Assembly (NCBI GenBank): GCA_963740315.1
Contig: CAVUDP010000002.1
Location: 2,432,001-2,496,000 of the forward strand
Source: an uncultured cyanobacterium
Lineage (GTDB): Bacteria > Cyanobacteriota > Cyanobacteriia > Cyanobacteriales > Nostocaceae
Direction: 5' to 3'
Length of the DNA stretch: 64,000 bases
Of the stretch, positions 1-10,374 are shown one piece after another (positions within the stretch are counted from its first letter, which is position 1; each line of letters starts with the position of its first letter). The position numbers and the translations under genes are program-made. Below the pieces are notes generated by a model. The model did no database searches, had not been told where the DNA came from, and saw nothing but the letters and a program-made list of their open reading frames with translations.

Positions 1-6
1 TGCACG

Positions 7-795
7 ATGTACCAAACAGATCCACCCCGTCCTCCCAAAGAAGTACTGCCTACAATGTACGATCTTCCTAGCGAAAACTTGGAGGAACCTGGTTTGCCTG
101 ACGAATTTCACGATTTTCAACCGCAACTGCTGCGAGAAACTTTTCAACCACCGAACTACTCAACTGATGAAGTATTCGTCGGCAGCGACTTAAACTTATA
201 TTACGACCCGCACCATACTTTATGGTATAAGCGTCCAGATTGGTTTGCCGTTTTAGGAGCTTCTCGTTTTTACGAACAACAAGAGTTGCGTTTAAGTTAT
301 GTTGTTTGGCAAGAAGGAATAGATCCAACAGTTGTAGTAGAATTACTTTCTCCGGGTACAGAAAAAGAAGATTTAGGACAAACTCTACGAGAAGTTAACC
401 AGCCACCAACTAAATGGGAAGTTTACGAAAGAATTTTAAGAATTCCTTACTATATAATATTCGATCGCTATACCGATAATTTACAAGTATTTCAAAACAT
501 TGCAGGTCGTTACCAAGAACTAACTTTAACTGAATCTCCCGTTTGGTTATCTTCTGTAGAATTAGGTATTGGGTTATGGCAAGGTACTTATCAAGGTATC
601 GAGCGGCTGTGGTTGCGCTGGTATGATGCCCAAGGAAACTTGATTCCTACCCCCTCCGGAAAAGTTGAACAACAGCTTGAACGAGTTGAACAACAGCGCG
701 AGTCAACACAACAACAACTCGAACAAGAACGCGCAAAAACCGAACGTTTAGCCGCAAGATTGCGAGAATTAGGAGTTAATCCCGAGGAATTGTAG
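7..795 (+). CDS. Uma2 (DUF820) family PD-(D/E)XK endonuclease-like protein
   Basis: LPTMYDLPSE..EPGLPDEFH, PDWF, VVELLSP motifs and coiled-coil tail typical of cyanobacterial Uma2. Confidence 0.9.
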   Translation: MYQTDPPRPPKEVLPTMYDLPSENLEEPGLPDEFHDFQPQLLRETFQPPNYSTDEVFVGSDLNLYYDPHHTLWYKRPDWFAVLGASRFYEQQELRLSYVVWQEGIDPTVVVELLSPGTEKEDLGQTLREVNQPPTKWEVYERILRIPYYIIFDRYTDNLQVFQNIAGRYQELTLTESPVWLSSVELGIGLWQGTYQGIERLWLRWYDAQGNLIPTPSGKVEQQLERVEQQRESTQQQLEQERAKTERLAARLRELGVNPEEL

Positions 796-1020
796 ACACA
801 AAGCAGCGATCAATAATTACCCATAAGCCATTCAGATCGATTCCAGTTGCAGCAGAGTGTTGGGCTTCCCCGACAGTAGGGCAAATGGCGTGCTGAGGGC
901 ACAGAGGAAATGCCAACGGAAAAGATATCAAGCTATCATCGATCATAAATTGTTTGGAATAAGCGATTAGAAATGCTTTCCTACTGTAATAAGAAATAAA
1001 TAATTAAAAAGGTATAAATT

Positions 1021-1248
1021 ATGAAAACTGACCGTGAGAGAGAAGAATTAATTAAAGACATCACTGTAATGCTTTACCAAGCTTACGACAGTACTTTAGA
1101 CGAAATTTATACCTTATTAAAAACAATTGATGACCAAGAAGACGAAGAAGATTTAAAAGCGATTCAAGAAGCTAGAGAAGATATACGTATTAATGGTACC
1201 GTTACCTGGGAAGAAATAAAAAATGAAATGAAAAAGGATGTTGCCTAA
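1021..1248 (+). CDS. Putative type II antitoxin (RelB-like)
   Basis: 75 aa acidic protein ending EDLKAIQEAREDI..GTVTWEEIK; overlaps the downstream RelE-type toxin. Confidence 0.75.
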   Translation: MKTDREREELIKDITVMLYQAYDSTLDEIYTLLKTIDDQEDEEDLKAIQEAREDIRINGTVTWEEIKNEMKKDVA

Positions 1249-1489
1249 AGTTGCGAAAAAACAATTCAATAAATTACCTTCAGATGTCCAAGAACGCATC
1301 GAAACTAAGATTAATAATTTGGCAATAGAACCTCGTCCTAATGGGGTGAAAAAAATACAAGGTGAAGAGAATTCCTATCGTATTCGAGTCGGAGATTATC
1401 GAGTAGTATACGATATTCTTGACGATATTTTATTAGTAACTGTAATTAGGGTCAAACATCGAAGTCAGGTTTATCGAAATAACAGTTAA
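1238..1489 (+). CDS. RelE/ParE family toxin
   Basis: PRPNGVKK..YRIRVGDYRVVY..V.HRSQVY signature; N-terminus looks slightly short. Confidence 0.88.
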   Translation: MLPKVAKKQFNKLPSDVQERIETKINNLAIEPRPNGVKKIQGEENSYRIRVGDYRVVYDILDDILLVTVIRVKHRSQVYRNNS

Positions 1490-1523
1490 CAAACAATATT
1501 CCCAATGCCCAATCCCTAATGCC

Positions 1524-2639
1524 CTAACTCATCTCTTGCAACACCTCTCGAATCACTTCCGATGGCACTTCCGAGGTAATAATCACCGCACCAATTTGAG
1601 TTGGTAATATAAACCGGACTTTACCTGCTTTGACTTTTTTATCTAATTGCAACGACTCAATTATCTCTGCAATATCTAACCCTGCTGGTAATACGGTAGG
1701 TAAACCTGCTTTTTCAATCAAAGCGTTTTGTCTTTTTACTTCTTCTGCTTGCCACATTCCAAGTTTTACGGCAATTTCTCCGGCTGCTACCATACCGATC
1801 GCCACTGCTTCACCATGATTAACTACGCTGTAACCCGTCAAGCTTTCCACGGCATGAGCAATGGTGTGTCCGTAGTTGAGAATAGCTCGCAATCCCCCTT
1901 CTTTCTCATCTTTACTGACTACATCAGCCTTGGCTTGACAAGAGCGCGTTAATATGTAGTCAATTAAAGATTTTTCTCCACCAGAGTAGGGAGCCATCAA
2001 ATATTCAATGCGATCGAGACTTTCGCAGCGTTCCATCTCTGCAAATAAATCGGCATCCCAAATTACGCCATATTTAATCACTTCTGCCATTCCGGCGCGT
2101 AATTCCCTTTGTGAAAGAGTTTTCAGCACTTCTGGATCGATTAACACCAAGCGTGGTTGATGAAAAGCGCCAATCAAATTTTTACCTTGAGGATGGTTAA
2201 CACCAGTTTTGCCACCCACCGAAGCATCCACCATAGCCAAAAGCGAAGTCGGCACCTGTACAAACTTGATACCCCGCAGCCAAGTAGCCGCAGCAAAACC
2301 CGTCATATCGCCAATTACGCCGCCACCCAAAGCCACCATAGTAGATGAACGTTCTACGCGATTATCCAGAGCCGCATCGTATATTTTTTGTATAGAATTT
2401 AAATTTTTATACTGTTCGCCATCGGGCAAAATGCAGTTACATACATCAAAACCAGCAGCTTCAAGCGATTTTAACGCCCTTTCCCCATAATGTTCAAAAA
2501 CCGTCGAGTTAGAAACCAACAGCACCTTCTTACCCAACTGCAAATTATTCATATAATCGCCGAGCTTATCCAAACTTCCCAGCGCGATCGCAATTTCATA
2601 AGACGACAGTGGAAGATTTACTTTAATCGCAGAAGACAT
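1524..2639 (-). CDS. aroB: 3-dehydroquinate synthase
   Basis: [35 protein letters not shown] motifs. Confidence 0.97.
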   Translation of the reverse strand: MSSAIKVNLPLSSYEIAIALGSLDKLGDYMNNLQLGKKVLLVSNSTVFEHYGERALKSLEAAGFDVCNCILPDGEQYKNLNSIQKIYDAALDNRVERSSTMVALGGGVIGDMTGFAAATWLRGIKFVQVPTSLLAMVDASVGGKTGVNHPQGKNLIGAFHQPRLVLIDPEVLKTLSQRELRAGMAEVIKYGVIWDADLFAEMERCESLDRIEYLMAPYSGGEKSLIDYILTRSCQAKADVVSKDEKEGGLRAILNYGHTIAHAVESLTGYSVVNHGEAVAIGMVAAGEIAVKLGMWQAEEVKRQNALIEKAGLPTVLPAGLDIAEIIESLQLDKKVKAGKVRFILPTQIGAVIITSEVPSEVIREVLQEMS

Positions 2640-2689
2640 TCTTTAAACCCCATAACAAGTCCCCGTGCTGTATTGTATCGCAATTTCGG

Positions 2690-2790
2690 AGATGGGGAGA
2701 TGGGGAGATGGGGAGATGGGGAGAGGGGGGAGAGGGGGGAGAAATTTGAACAACTAACAGCTAACAACTAACAACTAACAACTAACTAAT
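2690..2790. repeat. STRR tandem repeats (GATGGGGA)n then (CTAACAA)n
   Basis: Directly visible tandem units. Confidence 0.9.
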
Positions 2791-2840
2791 GCTTCAATAT
2801 AAAGAATAAAGAAAGATTGAACGATTGTGGAGAAAAGTAA

Positions 2841-2936
2841 ATGCTAGGTATAGTTTCGTATATTGGTTCCTTAGTTCTATTTATCGGCATCGCTGCTGGT
2901 TTACTCTTCGGCTTGCGTGCCGCCAAGATCATTTAA
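2841..2936 (+). CDS. petL: Cytochrome b6f subunit VI
   Basis: Hand-translated 31 aa [31 protein letters not shown], single TM helix, GGAG RBS upstream; absent from ORF track (too short). Confidence 0.9.
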   Translation: MLGIVSYIGSLVLFIGIAAGLLFGLRAAKII

Positions 2937-3007
2937 TAATTTGGGCATGGGGGAGGGATAGGTTAAAGGTTAAAGGTGAGGAGTTAGGAGTTAAGAGTTA
3001 GAAATTA

Positions 3008-3091
3008 TCTACACCCTCTACACCCTCTACACCCTCTCCCCCCTCTCCCCCTCTACCCCCTCTCCCCCCTCTACCCCCTCTTCCCCCTCCC
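3008..3091. repeat. 9-bp tandem repeats (CTACACCCT / CTCTCCCCC variants)
   Basis: Directly visible between petL and the bioB 3' end. Confidence 0.85.
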
Positions 3092-4084
3092 TTAACTAGT
3101 AACCGACAACTCTTTCCGATTCGCTGGCGATCGCGCTTCCAAGCCTAGTAAATTTAACATTTCTTTATCGGCATCGTATCCGGGGCAAGGTGTGGTAACG
3201 GTTAACATTTTTCCGTCGTCGCTGGAAAATATGGAGTTTGCACCTGCCATGAAGCACATTGCTTGCTCTATTTGTGAAAGTCTTGACCTACCAGCGCTCA
3301 AACGAACGTCGGAATTTGGCATTACAATACGGGCTGTGGCTATCATCCGAATTACTTCGGTGACGGGCACATCCGGCTGATTTTCTAATGGCGTACCTTC
3401 GACTTGCGAAAGGATATTGATGGGTACGGATTCTGGATGGGGTTGCAGATTGGATAAAGTACGTAACATTGAAACTCGATCGCCAACGGTTTCGCCTAAA
3501 CCAAGGATACCGCCGGAACATACGGTTACGTTTGTTTGACGAACATTTTCGATGGTATTGAGGCGATCGCTATAAGTTCGAGTAGTGATGATGGTGCTGT
3601 AATAGTCTTGTGAAGTATCGAGATTATGGTTATAAGCGTAAAGCCCCGCATCTTCTAAACGCTTTGCTTGTGAAGAGTTGAGCATTCCTAAAGTGCAGCA
3701 TACTTCTAAATCTAATGCTGTCACTTCTTTTACCATATCTAATACTTGCTCGAATTGAGAATTATCCCTGACTTCGCGCCAAGCAGCACCCATACAAACC
3801 CGACTAACACCGCTTTCTTTAGCTTGTTTGGCGATATCAATTACTGTTTGTTTATCTAAGAGAGATTCCGGTTTAACTTCTGTTTTATAACGAGAAGATT
3901 GAGCGCAGTAACTGCAATCTTCTGGACAAGCGCCAGTCTTAATTGATACCAGTTTACAAACCTGTATCTTTCTCGAATCGTGGTACTGACGATGTATGGT
4001 AGCAGCTTGATAAATTAACTCAAGCAAAGGCGTATCATATATTGAGCGTATTTCTGCTTCTTGCCAATCGTAGCGTATTCCCAC
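3092..4084 (-). CDS. bioB: Biotin synthase
   Basis: CPEDCSYC radical SAM motif, [22 protein letters not shown]. Confidence 0.97.
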   Translation of the reverse strand: MGIRYDWQEAEIRSIYDTPLLELIYQAATIHRQYHDSRKIQVCKLVSIKTGACPEDCSYCAQSSRYKTEVKPESLLDKQTVIDIAKQAKESGVSRVCMGAAWREVRDNSQFEQVLDMVKEVTALDLEVCCTLGMLNSSQAKRLEDAGLYAYNHNLDTSQDYYSTIITTRTYSDRLNTIENVRQTNVTVCSGGILGLGETVGDRVSMLRTLSNLQPHPESVPINILSQVEGTPLENQPDVPVTEVIRMIATARIVMPNSDVRLSAGRSRLSQIEQAMCFMAGANSIFSSDDGKMLTVTTPCPGYDADKEMLNLLGLEARSPANRKELSVTS

Positions 4085-4320
4085 AGAGCAAATAATCCTT
4101 TTTTACAATTATCAATGGTCAAAGGTCTGCATGTCAAAGGTCAAAGGTTAAAGTTCTCCTTGTCCCCCTCTTCCCCCTCTTCCCCCTCTTCCCCCTCTTC
4201 CCCATCTCCTTGTCTTTCATAATCCAGCCTACTTTTTTTTTGAGAATCCTCTGGTAAATTATTTAGGGTAAACAATTGCCTAGATAGAAATCGTCAACTA
4301 GGCTACATTTTATCAAATTT

Positions 4321-5049
4321 ATGAATACGCAATCTCAGAAAATTATCAAATTAAATGAAAATTATAATACAACTAAATCTAGTAAATTAGGTGGTTACTT
4401 TTTTCGCAGGGTGGAAAATTTAAAATCAACTATTAATTCGGTTGAAGTTGCCAAAAATGCTTATAACTCTGCAATTTTATTAGTAACAGGTTGTATTATC
4501 TTTTTGGTGCTTGTAATTGGTATTTTCTATCAAGGATTTGAGAAACCAGCATATGAATTAACCGCAGGGCAAGGGAATGTTGCAATTGTTGCTGATGTTC
4601 ATCGTCAAGCGGTGCTGTCAGATTATCTCAAAACGATGACGGTAACAATTGTTAAAGAAAATCCTCAATCAATTAGAAAAAAAACGGCTGCTTTTCGAGC
4701 GATGACTCAGGCTACTTTAGAGGAACTTGACCCCATACGCAAGCGTTTTGTCATTATGTTTTTACAAGATGCAAAATTACTTAAAATATCAGCACAAAAA
4801 CACATATCGTTGTTAATAGGTGTAAACTTAGCCGGAGTTAACTTACAGGGAATGAATTTCCGGTTTAACGATTTACAAGGTGTTAATTTTGAAAATTCAG
4901 ATTTACGCGGTGCCGATTTACGCTCTTCAAAATTGAATAACGCTAAACTGTCTAATTCTTGTTACAACAATTACACATTATTTGATAAACATTTCGATCC
5001 AGTTGCAGCAGGCATGAGAGAAGTGGGACAATCTCAAATGTGTTCCTAA
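4321..5049 (+). CDS. Membrane-anchored pentapeptide repeat protein
   Basis: TM segment, then VNLAGVNLQG..ADLRSSKLNNAKL repeats. Confidence 0.8.
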   Translation: MNTQSQKIIKLNENYNTTKSSKLGGYFFRRVENLKSTINSVEVAKNAYNSAILLVTGCIIFLVLVIGIFYQGFEKPAYELTAGQGNVAIVADVHRQAVLSDYLKTMTVTIVKENPQSIRKKTAAFRAMTQATLEELDPIRKRFVIMFLQDAKLLKISAQKHISLLIGVNLAGVNLQGMNFRFNDLQGVNFENSDLRGADLRSSKLNNAKLSNSCYNNYTLFDKHFDPVAAGMREVGQSQMCS

Positions 5050-5077
5050 TTAATATTACTGGCTCTAAATATAAAAT

Positions 5078-5641
5078 ATGCAACCGCAACTGCCGCGTAT
5101 TGTTACTAAACGCTTATTATTACGATTGGCTACTCAGGAAGATGTACCACTAATTATCAATTATTACAGTGATAATAGAGCTTATCTTACTCCTTTCTAT
5201 CCTGCATGGTCGGAAAACTTTTTTACTCAAGCATATTGGCATAGTGAAGTAGAAAAAGCTGTGCAAGAATTTATCCAAGGACATTCGCTAAGACTGCTGA
5301 TTTTTTCTCAAACCGAGTCTACAATAATTGGAATAATTAATTTCCGCAATTTTATTCGAGGTGTCGCACAATTTTGTACCGTAGGTTACAGTTTAGCAGA
5401 AAAAGAACAAGGTAAGGGTTATATGAGTGAAGCCTTACAAGCGAGTGTTGATTATGTATTTGAAGAGTTAAAAATGCACCGTATTATGGCAAATTATATG
5501 CCTCACAATCAAAGTAGCGGTAATTTGCTCAAGAGGTTAGGATTTGTGGTGGAAGGTTATGCTAGAGACTATTTATTAATTAGCGATCGATGGCAAGACC
5601 ATATTTTAACAAGTTTGACAAATCCTCAATGGAAAGCTTAA
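5078..5641 (+). CDS. rimJ: RimJ-like GNAT N-acetyltransferase
   Basis: GKGYMSEAL, HRIMANYMPHN..S..LL.RLGF..EGYARDYL..W.DH. Confidence 0.85.
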   Translation: MQPQLPRIVTKRLLLRLATQEDVPLIINYYSDNRAYLTPFYPAWSENFFTQAYWHSEVEKAVQEFIQGHSLRLLIFSQTESTIIGIINFRNFIRGVAQFCTVGYSLAEKEQGKGYMSEALQASVDYVFEELKMHRIMANYMPHNQSSGNLLKRLGFVVEGYARDYLLISDRWQDHILTSLTNPQWKA

Positions 5642-5706
5642 ATAAACGAACGACTATTAGCAAATCCAGAATCTAAAAACTAAAATATTTTAAGGGGTTT
5701 TTCTCA

Positions 5707-6105
5707 ATGTTTAGTAAAACAACACAGCGTTTTTCCGTATTATTGACTGCCACAGTTTTGAGCGTATTTTTAAATGGAATTTCTGCCAAAAAAGCCGAAG
5801 CAGTACCTAAATTTATTTTAGTTCCGCTGACAATACAAGCAACAGGATATGCAATCCCGCGTATTTATAAAAGACTGACTCCACAACAGCAAAAAAAAGT
5901 AGATGCTATTCAAGATGAAGCATTTAGACAAATTACTAACGTCTTAACTAGAGCGCAGCGCAGTGAAATTGTGCAATCCTTAAAAACGCGCCAAGGAAGA
6001 AGAAAACTAATTCAATCGATGAAATTAACACCAGAACAAAAAGCTCGCATTCAATCAATAGTTAAAACATCTCGCCAAAAAATGAACGCGATCGCTGGTA
6101 ATTAA
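5707..6105 (+). CDS. Exported Spy/CpxP-like helical protein
   Basis: Signal peptide and LTPQQQ / LTRAQR / LTPEQK motifs. Confidence 0.6.
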   Translation: MFSKTTQRFSVLLTATVLSVFLNGISAKKAEAVPKFILVPLTIQATGYAIPRIYKRLTPQQQKKVDAIQDEAFRQITNVLTRAQRSEIVQSLKTRQGRRKLIQSMKLTPEQKARIQSIVKTSRQKMNAIAGN

Positions 6106-6141
6106 TTCATTTACTAATTTATATTATCAATCATTAATAAT

Positions 6142-6166
6142 GTAGAGACGTTGCACTGCAACGTCT
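6142..6166. repeat. REP/SDR-like palindrome GTAGAGACGTTGCACTGCAACGTCT (second copy at about 10153-10178)
   Basis: Two near-identical GTAG-hairpin copies in the window. Confidence 0.75.
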
Positions 6167-6189
6167 TTTTATGTATATTGAAAACGAAT

Positions 6190-6255
6190 CAACCTTCAAC
6201 CTTCAACCTTCAACCTTCAACCTTCAACCTTCAACCTTTAACCTTTAACCTTCAA
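6190..6255. repeat. STRR (CAACCTT)n overlapping the 3' end of the EEP gene
   Basis: About 9 heptamer units. Confidence 0.9.
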
Positions 6256-7230
6256 AACCAAATCACTAATAACAGGTGCATGATCGGAATTAGCATTGTT
6301 TCCAATATGAACCCCAGCTACTTTAAAATAATTATTTACAAAGCAATGATCGATAGGAATATTTAGAAAATTCTCCATTATAAATATCAACCATTTTGGG
6401 TAGTGTAAATATGATGTATCTCGTATCCAACTTGGTAAAATACCATAACCCAAACGAGTATTATGCAACTTAGTTCTACTGACAAACATTTTATAATAAG
6501 GCGACCAAGGAGTTAAATTAAAGTCTCCAGCTACAATTAACGGAACTTTTGTATTTGTAATGCGATCGCTTAAGGCAGCTAGCTGCATATTACGATTATC
6601 GAAAGTAGATGGTTTGATGGGTACAAAAGCATGAGTTCCAATAAATTCAACAGGTTGATTGTTTATTAATAAAGTTGCCATCAAGTTAAAATAATTTGTG
6701 TTTAAGTCATCTCCTCGCGCATCTTGAATAGGGAAGCGACTTAATATAGCTAATCCACCAGGACTTTTAAAACTATAAGGTAAAATATCTTTCAATCCGG
6801 CATTTAACTTATTAACCGTATTTTGTTCAATTTCAACAAATAAAGCTATATCGGGACGCTCAAACTTTACTACATCTATAATTTCTCGATCGCGCTTATT
6901 TTGAGTATTAATATTAAACTGTAAAAATCTAATTGATTCAGCAGTATTTTGCGTAAGTTGTTGATGCGGTAAATACCAGGGGATGACTTCTATTGAATTC
7001 AATCCTACCAACAGTAAAGCGCAAAAAATAAGCAGTCTTTTTTTGAGATAACCATAAGAATATAGTATAGATAAAAATACGGTAAAAATTAGCGATAGGA
7101 TAAAATATTGAACTCGAAAATGAGTTAATAATTCTATCGGATATTTCCACGCAATATAGCTTCCTAATGATACAACTCCTAAACTAAACAAACTTACAAA
7201 TGCTAAAATAGGAATTATCTTTTTAAACAT
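6238..7230 (-). CDS. Membrane-anchored endonuclease/exonuclease/phosphatase (YafD-like) protein
   Basis: N-terminal TMs, GDFNLTPWS, IDH, SDH.P motifs. Confidence 0.88.
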   Translation of the reverse strand: MFKKIIPILAFVSLFSLGVVSLGSYIAWKYPIELLTHFRVQYFILSLIFTVFLSILYSYGYLKKRLLIFCALLLVGLNSIEVIPWYLPHQQLTQNTAESIRFLQFNINTQNKRDREIIDVVKFERPDIALFVEIEQNTVNKLNAGLKDILPYSFKSPGGLAILSRFPIQDARGDDLNTNYFNLMATLLINNQPVEFIGTHAFVPIKPSTFDNRNMQLAALSDRITNTKVPLIVAGDFNLTPWSPYYKMFVSRTKLHNTRLGYGILPSWIRDTSYLHYPKWLIFIMENFLNIPIDHCFVNNYFKVAGVHIGNNANSDHAPVISDLVLKVKG

Positions 7231-7350
7231 ATTTTTCTTCGATAAGATAGCGATTATATTGATATCAAATCGATTCAGTTAAATCTAGAACAATAGCTAC
7301 TCTTTACAGAAATAAAGTATTTTAAAGGTTAAAGGTTAATAACTGATAAC

Positions 7351-7430
7351 TCCCCATCCCCCCATCTCCCCATCTCCCCATCCCCCCATCCCCCCATCCC
7401 CCCATCCCCCCATCTCCCCCACTCTCCCCT
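7351..7430. repeat. STRR (CCCCCATC)n
   Basis: About 9 octamer units upstream of selO. Confidence 0.9.
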
Positions 7431-7475
7431 CTCAGATGTACTATTAAGGGAATGGCAAACTAACCCGCACTGGTA

Positions 7476-8912
7476 ATGACTCTGGCTGAAACTAGCAATC
7501 CCCTACTCAATCTCAATTACGAACCAGCATTTGAATCTCTTGGCGATGATTACTTTGATGAAGTAATGGCGGAGGAATTCTCGCTTCATAAACTCCGGTG
7601 GCGTAATGATGCGCTGCTTCCGTTGCTGGGATTGAACCCTGAAAAGGTAACTGACGAAGATTTTATTCAAGCTTTTGGTAAATTTGAGCAGCGCAAACCG
7701 CTTTTGGCAATGCGCTACCACGGCTATCAGTTTGGCGAATATAACCCCAGGTTGGGTGATGGAAGAGGTTTTCTTTACGGACAAGTACGCGGTTGCGATC
7801 GCGAACTTTATGATTTTGGTACGAAGGGTTCGGGTAGAACACCTTATTCCCGTGGTGGCGATGGAATGCTTACTCTCAAAGGTGGAATGCGCGAAGTCTT
7901 AGCGGCGGAAATGCTGCATCGTATGGGTGTACGCACCTCTCGCTGTCTGAGTTTGATTGAAACGGGAATGCAGTTGTGGCGCGGTGATGAACCTTCCCCG
8001 ACTCGTTCCTGTGTAATGGTAAGGATGAATCGTTCCCATATTCGTTTTGGTACTTTTGAACGTTTAAATTATTTAAAGCGTCCAGATTTAATTAAAACGC
8101 TTTTGGACCATGTAATAGAAGTTTACTACCCGCATCTAATTAAGGAGCAAGAAAAATATGCTTTATTTTATGCGGAATTAGTTGAAAGAGTTGCTAAATT
8201 AGCAGCGCAATGGATGGCGGCTGGTTTCTGTCATGCGGTTTTAAATACCGACAATATGTCGATTACTGGGGAAAGTTTTGATTACGGTCCCTATGCATTT
8301 ATTCCTACTTACGATCCGCATTTTACCGCAGCATATTTTGATTATTATAGTCGCTATGCTTACATCCATCAGCCGGATGTTTGTATGTGGAATTTGGAAA
8401 TGTTGCAAGAACCATTAAAGGCTGTAATTGATAAATCTGATATGGATGCTGGATTGATAACATTCGGTAAACATTTTCTGGGCAACTACCGCTTATTAAT
8501 GTTGAAAAAATTGGGAATTGAGCAAGAGTTACCAAAATCAGATGTGGACGAACTATTAAAAGCCACAATTGATTTTCTCAAGCATTATCCCGTTAGCTAC
8601 CATCATTTTTATGCCGACATCGCCGCAACTTTCGATCGAAAATGGCAAGACGATGCAAATTATATTTTAAAAGGTTCCGAGATCCAGAAATCTTTAGGTA
8701 CATCGGAATTATTCGTCAACTGGGCGGAAATTTATCACAGAGTCTTGAATACTATGGCAACATCGGAAATGGATAATATTGCCCAAACTTTAAACAAATA
8801 TAACCCCCAAACAGTAATTTTAAGACCTGTCATAGAATCGGTTTGGGAATCAATTGCTCAAGAAGATAATTGGCAACCTTTTAATGATTTAATCAAACAG
8901 ATTCGGGAATAG
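7476..8912 (+). CDS. selO: Protein adenylyltransferase SelO (YdiU)
   Basis: [40 protein letters not shown]. Confidence 0.93.
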   Translation: MTLAETSNPLLNLNYEPAFESLGDDYFDEVMAEEFSLHKLRWRNDALLPLLGLNPEKVTDEDFIQAFGKFEQRKPLLAMRYHGYQFGEYNPRLGDGRGFLYGQVRGCDRELYDFGTKGSGRTPYSRGGDGMLTLKGGMREVLAAEMLHRMGVRTSRCLSLIETGMQLWRGDEPSPTRSCVMVRMNRSHIRFGTFERLNYLKRPDLIKTLLDHVIEVYYPHLIKEQEKYALFYAELVERVAKLAAQWMAAGFCHAVLNTDNMSITGESFDYGPYAFIPTYDPHFTAAYFDYYSRYAYIHQPDVCMWNLEMLQEPLKAVIDKSDMDAGLITFGKHFLGNYRLLMLKKLGIEQELPKSDVDELLKATIDFLKHYPVSYHHFYADIAATFDRKWQDDANYILKGSEIQKSLGTSELFVNWAEIYHRVLNTMATSEMDNIAQTLNKYNPQTVILRPVIESVWESIAQEDNWQPFNDLIKQIRE

Positions 8913-8915
8913 TTT

Positions 8916-9047
8916 GTAGGGTGTGTTGTCGCTCCGCGCAACGCACCGCTATATTTCGTATAAAACCTAAATAGAATGGTGCGTTAGCCGCGAAATTAAA
9001 TCATTCTAAAACAAGCCGAATTATATAAAGCGCCATAACACACCCTA
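8916..9047. repeat. Inverted pair of REP-like elements (GTAGGGTG..ACGCACC / GGTGCGTT..CACCCTAC)
   Basis: Related single copies near 19084-19147, 40602-40659 and 56366-56402. Confidence 0.7.
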
Positions 9048-10076
9048 CAGTCTAATTGGTAATTGATAATTGATAATTGTTCCAATGCGATCGCGATTAA
9101 TTTCAATTACTAAATCAACTGATGGAGATTTTATTAATGGTTTGATAAATAATTCTGGATGCAGTGCTTTCCAAAAGTAATTTACAAATTCTTCGATTTG
9201 TAAGTCTGTCATTCCAGGTTTACCGCTGGCTTTCATCTGATTTTCGGCTTGTTTGCGCCATAAACAAGAAAGACGGTAATCTGTGGGATATAACATAATT
9301 AAACTATCCAATCGCTGCCACAAAGGTAGGTAATCTTGAAGTTTATCGTTGATATCCCTAGCAAATTCTTTGTCTGCTGCCGTAATAATTGGTGGGGGTG
9401 GATTAATAAATGCTGCCGAATTAATTGGTTTAACGCCGACAAACCAACCTTCAAATAATACGATATCAATATTGGATACTGTTTCGGGTGAAGTGCGATC
9501 GCCATTTCCAGAATGCAGCGATTTATCGAAGCGAGGAACTGTTATAATAGTTTTTCGCTCTTTAATATTATCTAAAAGATTTAAACCCAAATCAACATCA
9601 TGGGTTCCCGGTGGTCCCCGCCAAATTAAACGTGGGTCATTTTGTTGTAAAATTAAACGTGCTTGATAAGTTTTGTACAAGTCATCTAAAGACAAACTCA
9701 AAACATGGTATTCTAAGTGTGACAAAATTAATTCGATAACCTTACAAGCTGTAGTTTTACCAGTTCCTTGTCCACCTAAAAATCCCTGTATAAAAGGACG
9801 CTGAACTTCTTGATACTGGGATGCAATTTGTATTGCCAAAGGTAGCCACAAATCCCACAATGTTGGTAACATCACATTGGGTTGCATTTGTAAACTAGTT
9901 TGACATAATTCTTCAAAAGCAGGATAAATAGATTTTAGTAAATTCCAGCGTTTATGTATAGTTTCTGCGACATTTTCAGGTGTAATACCAAAAGCTTTTG
10001 CTCGTAATTTATCTTTAACCGCTGCTGATATTAAACTTTGATGTGGAGCTATATCATTTATAAATTCAGTAAGCAT
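9045..10076 (-). CDS. Plant-type D-glycerate 3-kinase (GLYK-like)
   Basis: GGQGTGKT, SLDDLY, RGPPGTHD, PRFDKS..GDR, LFEGWF. Confidence 0.85.
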   Translation of the reverse strand: MLTEFINDIAPHQSLISAAVKDKLRAKAFGITPENVAETIHKRWNLLKSIYPAFEELCQTSLQMQPNVMLPTLWDLWLPLAIQIASQYQEVQRPFIQGFLGGQGTGKTTACKVIELILSHLEYHVLSLSLDDLYKTYQARLILQQNDPRLIWRGPPGTHDVDLGLNLLDNIKERKTIITVPRFDKSLHSGNGDRTSPETVSNIDIVLFEGWFVGVKPINSAAFINPPPPIITAADKEFARDINDKLQDYLPLWQRLDSLIMLYPTDYRLSCLWRKQAENQMKASGKPGMTDLQIEEFVNYFWKALHPELFIKPLIKSPSVDLVIEINRDRIGTIINYQLPIRL

Positions 10077-10374
10077 TTTAATAGATTAAAAGATTTTACT
10101 AAACTTTACAACATTTGTGAGTACCACGGAAATTTGTATTTCGCAAATTAATGTAGAGACGTAGCACTGCTACGTCTCCTTCATTTTGAAGACACAACGA
10201 ATCAATTTGATTAAATCATTTATGGAAGTAGACAAACGTTACAACCATAGATGTGAAAGACATCTATTATGTTGTTTTTCCCGGAGGTTTTATGATTTAA
10301 AAAACCGCAGAGAGCGCAGAGAGCGCGGAGAGCGCGGAGGAAAGAGGGTAGAAGAGGAGTAATTGTTAAATAAG

